From Azolla caroliniana (lineage: Eukaryota; Plantae; Polypodiophyta): a stretch of DNA of 64,000 nt. Shown piece by piece: positions 49,301 through 62,800 of this stretch. Numbering within the stretch: position 1 is the stretch's first letter; each line of letters starts with the position of its first letter. The stretch spans positions 7,502,001-7,566,000 of the forward strand of contig JBHGNT010000008.1 of assembly GCA_043228905.1 (NCBI GenBank), given 5' to 3'. The notes under the pieces were generated by a model that saw only the letters and a list, made by a program, of their open reading frames with translations, was not told where the DNA came from and made no database searches. Both the position numbers and the translations under genes were made by a program.

Positions 49301-49960
49301 AGGAAGCGTACTGGCTTGTACTTTATCAAACACATTGGCATACTGATGATACTTCTCTGGAAGTTGAACGGTGGAATCCTCTTTAGTGGTGCTATAGGGG
49401 TTTACTGATATTGCGAAGAGGAACATTTCTTCCTTGCATCCTTCCTCACGCAACTGATGTAGTGAAATCGTTGCAATCTCATGAGTAGACCCTCGGGCTT
49501 TTTGATGCCGGATTTCTCTTGTCCGCCAATCTATGTCTGGGTTATGTAATTCGAACCATGGTAATCCTAAGACAATGGGGTGTTCTGGGATGCTAATTAT
49601 ATTAAATGATATGACACATGCTAGATTATCTAGGACAACATTAACGGGCTCTGACTCTTCTATGATATTTCCTGAGGCAATGGGACGACCATCGATGACT
49701 ACTACAAGGGCAGGACACAAGAGTTTTCAGAGAGATATCTGATGAGCTTGGGCAAATTTCCTATCCATGAAGCAAGAATTAGCTCCAGAATCTAGAAGTG
49801 CTAAGACATGTACTAGAGGAGTACTTTTAGTACTAATTGTTACTTGGGCTGCGAACACATTCGTAACTTGCTTAGAGGGAATGGAACCACTAATGGGTTG
49901 CACAGATCTAGGGCTGTCCAACCAAACGGCTCCTATTTTGGCTGGACTTAGTCGTTTAAC
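46365..49960 (-). pseudogene. Pol of element E (PR-RT-RH-INT-chromodomain), frameshifts near 49725 and 48680
   Basis: LLDSGANSCF; YLDDLL; EADASDFALG; SDRGPQF; GPF; YEVVAILDS chromodomain. Confidence 0.93.
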
Positions 49961-51087
49961 TCTTCTTCTAACTGACTAAGGACATCCAATTTGTTCGCTA
50001 GATTTGGGCTATTAGTACTATTAGGACTATCAGATATCCCTAATGAAATAGACTCGGGTTTAGTACAATCAGAACTAGCAACTATTTGGTTTACCTGCCT
50101 TCTTGGCCTATGGGGACAGTTTACCGCGATATGCCCTGGTCCACCGCAATAAAGACATAGTCGATTTGCTCGACGTCGTTGCTTTTCTTCTTCCGATAGC
50201 GGTTCACGACGACGTGTGGTGTCAATTTCCATAAGAGTTGGAGTACTTGCTGGAGGCGCATTATATGACTCCCTCGGAAAAGGTTTCGCTACCACTGAGG
50301 CATAGGTAGGCTCTGATCTTGCCCTCGGAATATGGAATTGTCGTTTCGAACGTCGTTCGAAGAGGCGGTTGTCGCATCTCACCGCGCGACTAATTGCTTC
50401 TGTTAATGACTTTGGCTCTTCGGGGAAGGTCAAGAGTAAATCCTTGACATCGTTGCGTAAGCCATAACGGAATTGCTCCATCAATGTGTGATCATCCCAA
50501 GGGATATCGGCAGCGAGCAGGCGGAAATCTGCAGCGTATGCGGAAGCTGGACGATCACCTTGGCGTAATCGCCGGATTTTGTTGATTGCAGTCCTTATGC
50601 TGTCAGTATCTCCAAAACAGGCCTTAAACTCACTTATAAATTCTTCAAAACTGTTTAATAATGGAGAATCCTTTTCCAACAATGGAGCAAACCATGCTAA
50701 CGCTGAGCCACTAAGGAGAGTGCCTACTAGTCCCACTCGTGATGCATCGGTGGGATATCGAGAAGGATGCATTTGTATCACTAAACGTACCTGATTCAAA
50801 AACCCTCTAAACTGTGATCGAGTCCCATCAAATTTTGCAGGAAGATCGATCTTGGGTTCTTTGTGAATCCCTTGAGTGCTTGATCCTTGTTGTTGTAATG
50901 ATATGATAGTCGCTTCGAGTTGTTGTACACGTAGTGTCAGTTCCCCGTGTTGTTGTTTTTCCAACGCTATTTGTTGAAGATCCCCCAACAAGCAATGATT
51001 TTCTTGTTCTAGTGCTACAAATTTCTCTTTTAAGCACTGGAGCTCCGAGAAAATAGATTGGTATTCCTGAGCGTTAACAGTTTCCAT
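49948..51087 (-). CDS. Gag of element E (capsid plus CCHC)
   Basis: Open ORF from METVNAQEY; CLYCGGPGHIAVNC. Confidence 0.9.
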   Translation of the reverse strand: METVNAQEYQSIFSELQCLKEKFVALEQENHCLLGDLQQIALEKQQHGELTLRVQQLEATIISLQQQGSSTQGIHKEPKIDLPAKFDGTRSQFRGFLNQVRLVIQMHPSRYPTDASRVGLVGTLLSGSALAWFAPLLEKDSPLLNSFEEFISEFKACFGDTDSIRTAINKIRRLRQGDRPASAYAADFRLLAADIPWDDHTLMEQFRYGLRNDVKDLLLTFPEEPKSLTEAISRAVRCDNRLFERRSKRQFHIPRARSEPTYASVVAKPFPRESYNAPPASTPTLMEIDTTRRREPLSEEEKQRRRANRLCLYCGGPGHIAVNCPHRPRRQVNQIVASSDCTKPESISLGISDSPNSTNSPNLANKLDVLSQLEEELND

Positions 51088-51709
51088 TTTACTAGGGAGG
51101 ATAAGAGGATTAATAAGAAGATAAAAGGAAAAGGAGGAAAGGAAGATCGATCGAAATCGGTTCAAACTGTCAGGAACAATACTAAGACAGAGAAGGAATT
51201 AGTACTAAAAGAAGTATTAGTACTAAGAGAGGTGAAGAACTCTCGAGAGAAGGAAAGAGGGAGTGAGAGGGAGGGAGAGAGAGATCGAGAGAGAGAGAGA
51301 GAGAGAGAGAGATTATAAGAAAAGATATATATTATGTGAAGAGAATGTACATTAGTAGCTAGGAGGCTTAAGACTGGCGTTGAACCGATTTGGTTCGAAA
51401 TAATGCCTCGTGCCTCCTTTTATAGTGTTCTAAGGAATACTCCTTAAGTTTCTAGAATGTTCCAGAGAAATCTGGAATATACATCAATTTTCTATAATAA
51501 AACATAAATGAAAATAATATTCTATGTATTACAATGTATAGTTTAATGGTCAAGAGCTCGACCCATGTAGCATAAGGTCATGGGTTCGAGTCTTGCCATA
51601 TCATGACAATAATAAATAGTAGAAAAGCGAATGATATACATATTGATACCAAGTAGATTTAACTTCTAGATCTGAAATTATTCACTCACAATTCAATTAA
51701 AAATTGGAA

Positions 51710-52085
51710 ACAGTTCGGTTCGATTCAAGAGTGTCAAAACCAAATTGTTTTTAATTTTTGAAACTTGAACTGAACTGAACCACGAAACCATTGAAACCGA
51801 AATTGTTTAACCAAACCCTCACAAAAAATCCAAACTGTTTCGTTTTCGTTTTCAAGTTTTCAAGTTTTCGATTTTCAAGTTAGATCAAAATTCAAAATTT
51901 AAACTTTTAATTTTTCAAAAATTTAAAGATTTTTCCTAAAATGTGAGAATTAGGCTTAAAATGAAAAGGTTGTTTAAAAAATTATTAAAAAAAACAACAA
52001 CTAGCAACCCTAAACCGTTAAAACCACGGTTTCAAACCGTTTAAACCACGAAGCTATTAAGCAGCAATTCCGTGGTTCGGTTGCT
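51710..52085. mobile_element. MITE-like element, same family as 43470-43770
   Basis: CCTAAAATGTGAGAAT core is the reverse complement of ~43566-43582; AACC/GGTT termini. Confidence 0.55.
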
Positions 52086-53069
52086 GATTGTTAAATTCAA
52101 TTGAGCATTACAAAATGTAGGTGTATTGCAGCAAAATGCCAGAATCCCATATAGAGGGTGCAAGAATGAGGTCTTTGCGGATGCAATGAAAGCTCTGTCC
52201 TGGTAGGAAACCCCAATTGCACCGTAGACCGACGATAGAAGTTTGATTACCGACACTCTGATTGCACAAGATCTGCTCGGATCGCGTTCGGAAAAGAGAC
52301 CCACTTTCTTTCTTTCCTTTTTAAATTTTTTCTTTTGATCTTGGAGAACTCAGAATCGGTCGACCGACTGGATTGAGCAGCTACTGGGGAATGAATGAAT
52401 GAATGAATGTATTGGAAAAGTGGTCTCTCGTGCCGGCAATGGATCTCGGCTTTTTACCGCCGGTATTTATTGTCCACACTTCCGGGGAGGGGCCGTACCT
52501 AGGCAGGTGGTTTTCTGCAAAACCGCTTTTGTGTGTGGTGGGGGTTGGGGGGTATAGTGAAGATTTATCCATGAGCCTTCAAATTTGAGGAGCAGAGAAC
52601 ACAAGACCAACAAAATACAGAGACACAGACAGAGAGAGAGAGGACTTCTGCACTTCTTGTTTCTTCTCCCCTCCCCAACCAGAAGACTGTCAGCTGAGGA
52701 GCTCTACCACTCTTGCAGGTTTGTAGTGTTAAGAAATTCAGTTTCTCAGTGTGGATCATATCCATTTTGTGGAAGATGATGCGAGGGAGTAGAGGTCGGA
52801 GAGAAGTTATTGAATGGGTTTTTATCAGGAAATGTTGGTTTAAATTCATGGTAGATTTGGTTACGCAGCATCAGTCTTTTACTCCGTGCGGATTGAGGGA
52901 ACTGCATATTTCATATCACTGATTTCAGTCGTCTCTAGGAGGTCAAATGTAGTTTTATATGAATACATCCATAAAACCATATCCATTTTGTGCTAAGCAA
53001 TAACCTTATTATAAAAATGGTTTGTTAGCAGACATCATTATTGCAAATAACATGATAGACATGATAACC

Positions 53070-53270
53070 ATACAGTTGCAAGTGGATATGCCTTGAATGT
53101 CTCTGTCAGCAATGCTCTTATAGACATGTATTGCAAGTGCAAAGACACTGACAATGCAAGGCAATTATGAAGAAACGTGAGATGTCTGCCGAGATTGAAA
53201 GAACGGGGTTGCTGAATGAACATTTTTCTTGGATATGCCGAACATGAATAAGATTGGCTAGAAAGATTAT
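53070..53270 (+). pseudogene. PLS-class PPR gene fragment
   Basis: Translates VASGYALNVSVSNALIDMYCKCKDTDNARQL* and then ..LGYAEH.. Confidence 0.6.
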
Positions 53271-53896
53271 TTATCTTTACCTAGAAAGGTTGGCTACAGT
53301 CATTTGACATGGCTATACAATATTTGTTGTAATATTGGATTATCTTGTATACTGCCCACTTTAATTTTAATACCAATGGAGGATAGTTCTTTATGAAAAA
53401 AAAAAAAACCATATCCATTTTGTCAACGGTGATATGAGGGAGAAGATTTTGGAGAGAAGTCATCGAATGGGGTTTATATGGAAATGCTGCTTTGAACGCA
53501 CTGTAGATTTGCTTACATAGCATCAGTCTTTTGCATCCTGCAAATCAAAGGAACTGCTCATTTCATATGATTGATTTCACTCGTCTCTAGGAGGTCACTT
53601 GTAATTTAATTGAATACATCCATAAAACATATTGTCAAAGTGGTATTGATTAAAGTCTCTGGGTGATCATTAGTACAATATATTGATAAAGCATGGCTTC
53701 CTTTCTGTTCCAAGAGGACCATTAGCTGCATAGTCATTCGTTGTTAATGTCTTGTTTCTGCAGAAAAAGGAACCTCAGAAGAACAGTTGGAGACTGTTGA
53801 AGAGCATTAGCTTCATGACAGATAAAAAACGCAAGGAAGCCTTAAAGGGTATGTGAACACAATTGTTAAAGGATTAGTACCCAACCATAGCCATCC

Positions 53897-56800
53897 ATGG
53901 CTTCAAGCATTTGCATGTTTCCCACTTCTCCACCATTATCATCTTCTTCTTTTGCTTCCACTTTATCACTTGGACATGCAAAAGTTGGGGTCTTCCATCA
54001 AAATCTGCATCGTGGCATCTTCGCCTCTATACAAGCCAGAGATAGAGAAAAACAGGGCCTATCATCAAGCTTATCATTTGATGTAAGTGAGGACATCATG
54101 TCGGCTTTCGATGTCTCCGATCTTGAACCTCTTTCAGCTCCCAAAGACCTTTCTGAGGTATTATACATGATAATTGTGGTTTTAAACTGTATTTTTTCTT
54201 CTAAATGATGGTAATTAGAGCTTTATCTATTTTAATGAAGGGTTTAAATGACACACCTGTATTATACATGGGTGATCATTAGGTTTGAACTGCACTCTTT
54301 GTGTTCTACATGATGATAAATAGGGTTTTAACTGTAATTTTGAAATCCATGTGGTGACAATTAGGCTTCTGATTGTGTTTTTATATTCTATATGATGACA
54401 ATTAGGGTTTTAACCTGTAATTTTGTATACACCATCATCTGATACATGATATAAATGTTGAATAAAAGTTACAGAATGTCATCTACCTAAAGGTGATAGA
54501 TAAGTACTAAGTTACAAAGTATAGGGGTAAGTTTCATAGCCTTGAGCAAAGGTAAAAAAAAGCTATAAAAGAGGCAATTATATGTCCTCTGAATCTCAAC
54601 AGAACTTTCAGATTTATACTATTAGAATATGACATCTCCAAATGCTCATATCATTCTTTTATCATGTGCCTTATGCCAAAGTTGAGATATGCCCAGTTGC
54701 AATCTTATCTATGTAGATTATTGAGGAAACTGGCACTGAAATAGCTGTGTGAGAAATTCCTACGAGTAAGAGTTTTGGTTTCTAAACTCTTTAGCATTCA
54801 TGACATAGTGAAGCTATATGTATCTATTGTGGTTTCCAAATATTTTGGCCTCTCATTTTCCATTTTTGTCTCATTCTCATCTTCTTTTTGTTTTTGTTTC
54901 TGACCATATTGCATGGTAATTAGAAGGGGCAAAAAGCACGATGTAATGTGTAAATGTGATCAAGCTCCTTATCTATTGAAGGAAGCAATAGCTTGAACTC
55001 ATTAATCAGAGCGAAGGGAATTGTACAATACTTGTGTATTTCTAATGGAAAGAGTGAAAGATATATAAACTTCTCTTAAGAGCAAATGGGAGATTACATC
55101 TTAAAATGTTGTCTCATATTTGAGAACAACAAATCAAATAAATATTACTAAATTAGTATGTAAAGTACCAGAGAAGCATTTAAGCTAAGCGCTTAATGTT
55201 CTGATCTTATATGAACTGAAACTCCTGACTTTGAAAGCTCTCTGAAATGCACTGATCCAAAGTGGAGAGGTCTCTTATGTGAGGGAAGCACCTTAAGTGA
55301 TGCGTGATAATGCCCCTATTTGTTGATGACTGGGTTGATATCGTCCAGATGGATGTGGCTTACTTGCAATACAGATTGCTATTGCCACATCTATTGTAAC
55401 CCTTTTAAATGTTATGGTTGAGACCCTGCTTATTTAGACCTTGACTTCAACCATGAGGAGTGATGGATCTAAAGATTAAAGTTGTGATGGTTCATAGTTG
55501 ATGACCTTCTGTATTTACATTGTTGTCCTTCAATTTCTTTCTATATCTCTTGAGTTCTAGTAGGAATAGTCCCAAGCATTGTTGGTCCCCATATTCTATT
55601 ACCTTGCATAATGGGTCACAGCCTTGTTTTTAGAGTCCATGGTATATCTGCCTTTATCTCATAAAAAACAATATTGTGGCAAACATTGTGTTTCTCCAAT
55701 TCCACATCTTTATCTCAGCTACATAGGCTGAGGCTGGGGGATTTCCTTCTCGTAACCTTCGAATCTTATTGATAGCGGTTCTCGCACTATTTGTACCTGC
55801 ATGCATATCTTCCTACCTCAATTTGTAACTGATGTAAGAGGTCTTACGCTGCCCTATCATGCCATAGAGATTGAGCAGACGTGTATCCGTATGAGAGATC
55901 CCGATAAATCCTCATCTCAATACATATAAGACAAGGCCTCACAGCAGCCATCTTCCTACCAAGAGCTATTGTTGGGCTTGACTACATTCTTTCATTGTCC
56001 AAATTAATGCCATCAATTTAGATAACTTATTCTTTCCACTTTGGTCATCTCCAAGTGTGGGATAATCCAAACTATATTGGAATTGGGTAATTCAGTTACA
56101 CCAATGCCAACCTCGCATATTTGTTTCGAGAGAGCTCCTATATGGTATGAATGTAGGATACTGAATCTGGCAAGTGCTAACTTCAATTGGTAATTTATCC
56201 ATCTTAACTTAAATAATTTCATGTGGTACTAAGTCCTTAGCTTGAATTGTCCATTGGAAATAGTAGATACAAGAGGCCAACATGTGTACCAATCTATCAT
56301 GGTAAATCTTGTGATATATTAATATGTAACCTGTGGAAACCAAATTGGAAAGTAATTCACTATTAACGGATATCCTGGGATCTTTTTCTGTTCTTCAATG
56401 CTAGAGGCTTCTTTAGCTGGTTACTTCTTTGCTATGTATGTTTGTCGCTGGTACTGTCAAGGATATCATAATCCTTTCCTAGTGGCGTTCTGGTTCCTAC
56501 TCCAGCCTCATCCTTTTGATTATTCAAAGGATTCATGCATGGATTTATTATCTTTGGGCTTAATATCATGCATACAAATGATATTAATTATCAGTTGGTG
56601 CAGGATTGCAGTTGATTATTTTTAAGATGGCATATGTGAAGAATGGGGAATAATGCAGTAGACACATAATAGAAAGAAGGGCTTGTAAAGGAAATCACAT
56701 ATTTGAGACAAGGTTCTGTAGATCAAGGTTTGCTGGATGATGAAATTGCACTTGAGATGTGTTACTTTCATGTTTCATATCTTGAACTTGTGATCCTTTC

Positions 56801-59800
56801 TCAGTAGAAGTCCTGAAAACTGGCTGATCCGTATCTCGATTTATTGTTTTGTATTATTATTCATCAAAGGTCACGTTAAGTTCTTTTGGGGCTAGAAATA
56901 ATAAAACATTGGTAATAATGTAGGTACCTGATAGTTTGCTTCCAAAAGTGGCGATTGTGGGAAGACCTAACGTTGGGAAGTCTGCACTTTTCAACCGTCT
57001 TGCTGGTGTAAGAAAAATTCTTACTCATGATGTTTTTCCATATCAAATTTTATGAATAGCAATATCATTTTGATATGTTGCATTTTATCAGGGAGACATT
57101 GCTATAGTTCATGATGAACCGGGTGTGACAAGAGACCGGTTGTATACGAGAGCTTTCTGGGGTCTTCAGGAATTCATGTTGGTAGATACTGGGGGTGTCC
57201 TTACAGTACCAAGATCGGGTGCTTTTACTGATGGAATAGCAATAACAACTAGTGGTGGGGAGAGTGCAATTACTAGAGCTGTGCAAGAAGCAAATCAAGC
57301 AGGCTTGCCAGCCATGATAGAAAAACAGGCTGCAGTTGCACTTGAAGATGCACAAACTGTTATCTTTGTCGTAGATGGACAGGTATACATCGTTAACACT
57401 TTCGAGATTAAATGTATTTCTGAGATGCAAAGTTGCCTGTACTGCAGCTTCATTTTTTGTCACAATGCTACCTCTAGGTTTTAAGCAGTATTCTCAAGTG
57501 TGTTACCTTTGAGTGCAGCTAAGGCTTGAGATTCACCATGTTTAATGCTTGGTATGGATACATTATGATACTGAAATTGCTTCCAATAATGATAAAGAAA
57601 ATGGGCATTCATGCACATGACTGTTCACGTTTTTAAATCTCTTAGACATCAGCATCTCCATCTCAAGGTGGGTAGCTACTCTTACCATTGTTGTCACATT
57701 CGTTATTCAGTCAATCATTTTATCACGTATGAGCATGATGTATAAACGAAGAGCAATATTAAAAAATCAACATTATGTCAATTACATATGTGTTGAATAA
57801 ATTATTATCAAAGTACTTGAGCTTAAAATTTCCGTATTAAAAACTGTTTTTCTACTCTTCAGTTTAACCTATCTTGCTTGTGATGGTGACTATGTTATGT
57901 ATGGGATGGTTTGGCACAGGCTGGAGTTACTTCTGCAGATCAAGATATTGCAAATTGGTTACGGAAGAAACATTCAAATAAGAAAATAGTACTAGCTGTA
58001 AACAAGTGTGAGTCCCCTACCAAGGGTTTTCAGCAAGCTACGGAGTTTTGGTCTTTGGGGTCAGTACCTTTCGGATATCTGTGTTGGTGAATAGTTTTGA
58101 ACTTAAATTTTTGATGCATATAGAAATTGATAATGGCTGTTCAGTTTGGCTGTCCAGGAGGGACACTCTTTAGATTGTATGGTTGGAATACTGAAATAGG
58201 AACAAAAACTAATGGATCACAAACATTATGATCCATTGTAACCATTCAAGCATTAATAAAAACGAAAAGATGTCAAAATGCTATATTGTAAGATGTTAAA
58301 ATGATCCATTGTCACAACTTTACTATTGTCGGTGTACTGACTCCTAGCAACAAATGAAAGTGATATGGTGAATTTGTTCGTTAGTATTGTATAATACAAG
58401 ACTCCTTACAATTAAAATTGATGATGTCTGCAACCATGATAAGCTCATGAGAGCTGATTGGTTGTTGACTACAACAGGGGATAAGATGGGCGCACTTCTA
58501 ATGCTGGGTGGCACCTATTGACATATCTGGAAGAAAACGTATGTTTGTAGCTGTGTTTGCCCCAGAATGACGTTTGGCATATCCATAAATTTTGCATTGG
58601 TAAAAAGTCAGCTATGAAGTAGTTTTATGATGCGGTATGAACATGTATACCTATGGATATGCCTGATTGGATTATTTCTTGTACGGATGAGTGGTTCCAA
58701 GGATGTAAGAAGGTATTACATTTTATAAGTGGCGGTCATACCAAGTCTACCTCTGTCATTGGTTTTAGAAGGTTTTCATTATTATCCATGGAGCAGTTCC
58801 CATAAATTAAAATCCCCTTTTTATGTTCTTTCCATTCCTTCTTCCTGTAGGCGTGTGTAATTGGCAGTGGAGTCGGAGTTTTCTGTTGCAATTAGAAAAT
58901 CCACATAGAGGATATCCGTCGAGCTTTCCTCAATGGTCTAATTATTATGGCCGATTGAAAAATATGCGGTTTTCACAATCATATTCACTTTGACAAAGCC
59001 ATTATTTATGCAGATACTACTTGATGTACCGATGTAAAAATGCATATCCTTGTTTATTTCTTTGATTGCTTCTGGCTAGAAAATATGGTGACTCATTGGA
59101 CACTCGTCCAAAATTTTGTATGGGTATCCATCTTAAGTTTTCCCGTGATTGTATAGTTAAAGAGTGTCCGAGTATTCTATGAATATTGTATGTTGATGAG
59201 CCATTATTGAAGTGCTGGTCCAGAAATAGAAATCATAAGAATAATTAGCAACATGACCAATAATTTGATCACCTCATTATATGTTTTTGTTTAGGCTTGA
59301 ACCAATACCTGTATCGGCCATATCAGGAACTGGAACAGGAGACTTGCTTGATAGTGTGTGCTCTGGATTAGCTTCCTTCAAGGTAATCCGTCAATTTGCA
59401 AGTTTTAAATCTATGCTGGTGTAACATATTTGCAAAGTGTTCAGGAAATTGTTGGTGGGCTCTTTTCTTACAAAACACAGGATTATAAGAACTGTACGAA
59501 ATTCCATGAGAATTGTCATTCTTATCTTTCTAAACACAACTTTATATCAAACTGTATAATATTTCGGACCTATTACTGTTGTTCGGCAGAAAGCAGAAAT
59601 GATGTTTACAGAAAATTAAAAAGGTCTTGTTCATGATAATTTGGCATATGGGCTACTGGGTACATATAAATGAGAAAGGAAGACTAATGTTTAGAATATT
59701 TTGCTGTTTTGTTCCAAACAAGAGGGAGATGCTTTATTCAGTAATATATTGTAGTTATGCATGATGAAACCTACCTGGAATATTTTCTTCTAGTCAAACC

Positions 59801-62800
59801 CTAGAATAAAGGTACTGTTTTGGTGCTGCAGAAAACATATTAGTGATGCATTTCTTTACCATAGATAAAGTCATCAGAAATAATAATACTCATTGGTCAT
59901 AACCCTCAGCTGTACTGGAAAATCTTTAAAGGGTAGCCTTGAGTATATGTTTTCATAGACAATACTATTAATTATTCCTTAGTAGTAGACTAATGAATGG
60001 ATTTAAGCTTATGCATTTTGTTTCCTAGATCCCACAATTTAATTTCATTCTAGCAATTACAAGAGCATAGACATGATGGAGATTTCTCGATTGTCGCTAA
60101 TGTTTTGTAGGTTGAAGAACAAATTCTAGAAGATGAAGAGAATAGGATTCCTTCAATAGCAATAATTGGAAAACCCAATGTTGGAAAGAGTAGTATCCTG
60201 AATTCATTAGCAGGAAAAGAAAGATCAATTGTCAGTCCAGTCAGTGGAACCACAAGAGATGCAATTGACACAGAAATTACTGGCCCAGATGGACAGGTAT
60301 CACGTATATTTCTATCTCTTTCTATTCTCTGCTTTTCTTATATGGCAATCAAATTTCAAATGCATGATTATTATTTACTCTTTCATAAATTACCTAACAA
60401 ACCTTGCTCACACTGTGATTCAAAATAAGTTGCTAGGGGTCACCTGCAACTTAACTAATATTACTAGTGGTTTGGTTTGTAGTTAATATATTTGGCAGAA
60501 TTTATTTAAAGGATTAGAAAATATACCGCGAGTGATTTATATTTTGATATTTGGTCCACATCCCCATCTTGTTGATGAGATGACCCAGCTGACAAAGGAA
60601 ATAATGTCGTCGTAAACGCAATTAGAGGCTGTCCTTGCAGACATGACTATTTCCTGCATTTTATACCCAAAGATTCTACTGAAGCATAGATATCTAAAGA
60701 TGGAGACGCATTTCACAACAGTTTATATTTGTAGATCTTTGTTTAACCTAGTCATGCACACTATTCATCACAAGGAGCAACGCCAAATATTAAAGTTATA
60801 GGAATGTATAAGACTATGTATATACACACATATCTGCAGCTTATATATGTAAGCTGCAGATATGACATTCAGATTTATCATTGCTAATTCAGTGTTCTAT
60901 TCAGTGAATTTGACGATAATAAGTATTGTCTTTATCATCCGTATTATTGGTGTTAATGCAACTTCCTACATTAGCACACAGGTTTATCGGTTAATAGATA
61001 CAGCTGGGATACGAAGGAGAGCAGCTGTAGCTGCATCTGGAAGCAAAACAGAAGAGCTATCTGTGAATCGTGCATTTCGAGCAATTCGGCGCGCTGATGT
61101 AGTAGCCCTAGTGATCGATGCCATGGCATGTGTCACTGAGCAGGTACATGCAGTATTTTACTCCTTAATTGTTTGATAGGCTGTTTGTCGCACACATGGG
61201 TTGGGCCAATCTTTCATCACACAAAGGTTGAAAGTGTGAATTGGTTTTAGCAGGTTTGTGTTTCTTCCCTCATATATTTATCATAGGCAGTTCATGCAAG
61301 TTGGGGTGTAATTTCATACATCAGAAAACATAGTTGGCACAATTTGTATATAGAACTAGGGTTTCATGGTCATATAGAGGGTGAGCTACCTTTACATGTT
61401 CTCCCTTCATTCTTGAGTTACCATTTTGGTTCTCACTTCCATCATGGGTAGCAGTGATAAGGATCCTCCTATCGTGCATGTTAACACGCTAAGTTATGAC
61501 CCTGTTGTGATTGGGTGTTGGATGCCTAAATGTCTCAAGCCAACTTATATGGGACTACTCAGGGGTAGTTGTTTAGGCAGAGAATCCATCTCAGGTATGC
61601 ATGTTAACACGCTAAGTTATGAAGCTGTTGTGATTGGGTGTTGGATGCCTAAATGTCTCAAGCCAACTTATATGGGACTACTCAGGGGTAGTTGTTTTGG
61701 CAGAGAATCCATCTCAGGTATGCATTTTCGTTCTCTTTTGAGATCATTGGGACAGCCATAATGGGATTTTGCCATGTGTGGTACAGTATTTGATCAAGAG
61801 TTACATTTTGTAAAAAGAATGAGTCCGCATGTTACGTGCCATTTACAATTCTAGGATTGTTTCATGAAGTTCTTTCAAATGAAGATTAGTCATGTTATGT
61901 GTTTTTGCATTTTTCAAATTTGGGCATAATGCTTTGGTTGGAACAACTGACCATTAGTAGTCCTATTGAATGTGTAGGATTGGAAACTTGCAGAACGAAT
62001 TGAAAATGAGGGGAAAGGTTGTGTCATTGTGGTTAACAAATGGGATACTGTACCGGATAAAGACAATAAAACAACAGTATACTATGAACAAGATGTTCGT
62101 GAGAAACTGCGAGTGCTTGATTGGGCTCCAATTGTCTATACATCAGCAATAGCTGGTCAAAGAGTGACAAGGCAAGAGCACCTTAAGAATTCAATTGCAG
62201 ACACATTCAATATTTGTTCTTCCCCCTTGTCCTTATTTTTGTGATTTAAATATATAGAATACTAGAGGCCGCTATTGAAGTGGAGAAAGAAAGGTCTAAA
62301 AGGTTGAGTACAGCCATCCTGAACCAAGTGGTACAAGAAGCAATGGCTCTAAACCCTCCACCAAGAACAAGGGGCGGCAAGAAAGGTCGTCTATACTATT
62401 GCACACAGGTTTGTACGAAGATAATTTGAAATTATTGTGCGTGCATGATTCCGTAATCAGCAAATAGGAGAAAACTGTGTGCGGAACATGCATTTAGGAA
62501 TGTTTGACGAAGGTGAAACCATAGTGGATGAAGGTGTGAACACTTCATTGATGAAGAGAAGCGTCACCTTCTAACAAATAATAGGGGATAAAGAGCTTGT
62601 GTTTGTAAGAGAGCAAGAAAATATGACCAATAGCTAGGAGTAATGGATTATTATGTTAGCCAAATAGGAAGCACCATCAGAAATGTGAACCCTAAAAATG
62701 TAAAGAGTAGGTGTGCTTGTGAGTCATGCCATATGAAATGTGGGCATGTAGGTTAAGGTCTTGTCAAGGCTGTGAAGATGGTTAGGAGCTAATGTTTGTC

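Larger units (their letters stand above)
45941..51608 (-). mobile_element. Near-intact Tcn1-like chromovirus element E (same family as C)
   Basis: LTRs at 45941-46372 and 51168-51608 (about 98% identical by eye). TSD ATAAT at 45936-45940 and 51609-51613. PPT AAAGGGGGGATAG. Self-priming-type PBS. Confidence 0.97.

Noticed and set aside
56620-56760. Possible extra Der exon in intron 1
   Set aside because: No convincing open frame with phase-0 splice sites; exon 1 already joins 56924 in frame.
61426-61761. 111-aa ORF with an internal repeat
   Set aside because: A product of the 123-bp intronic duplication, with no recognisable domain.
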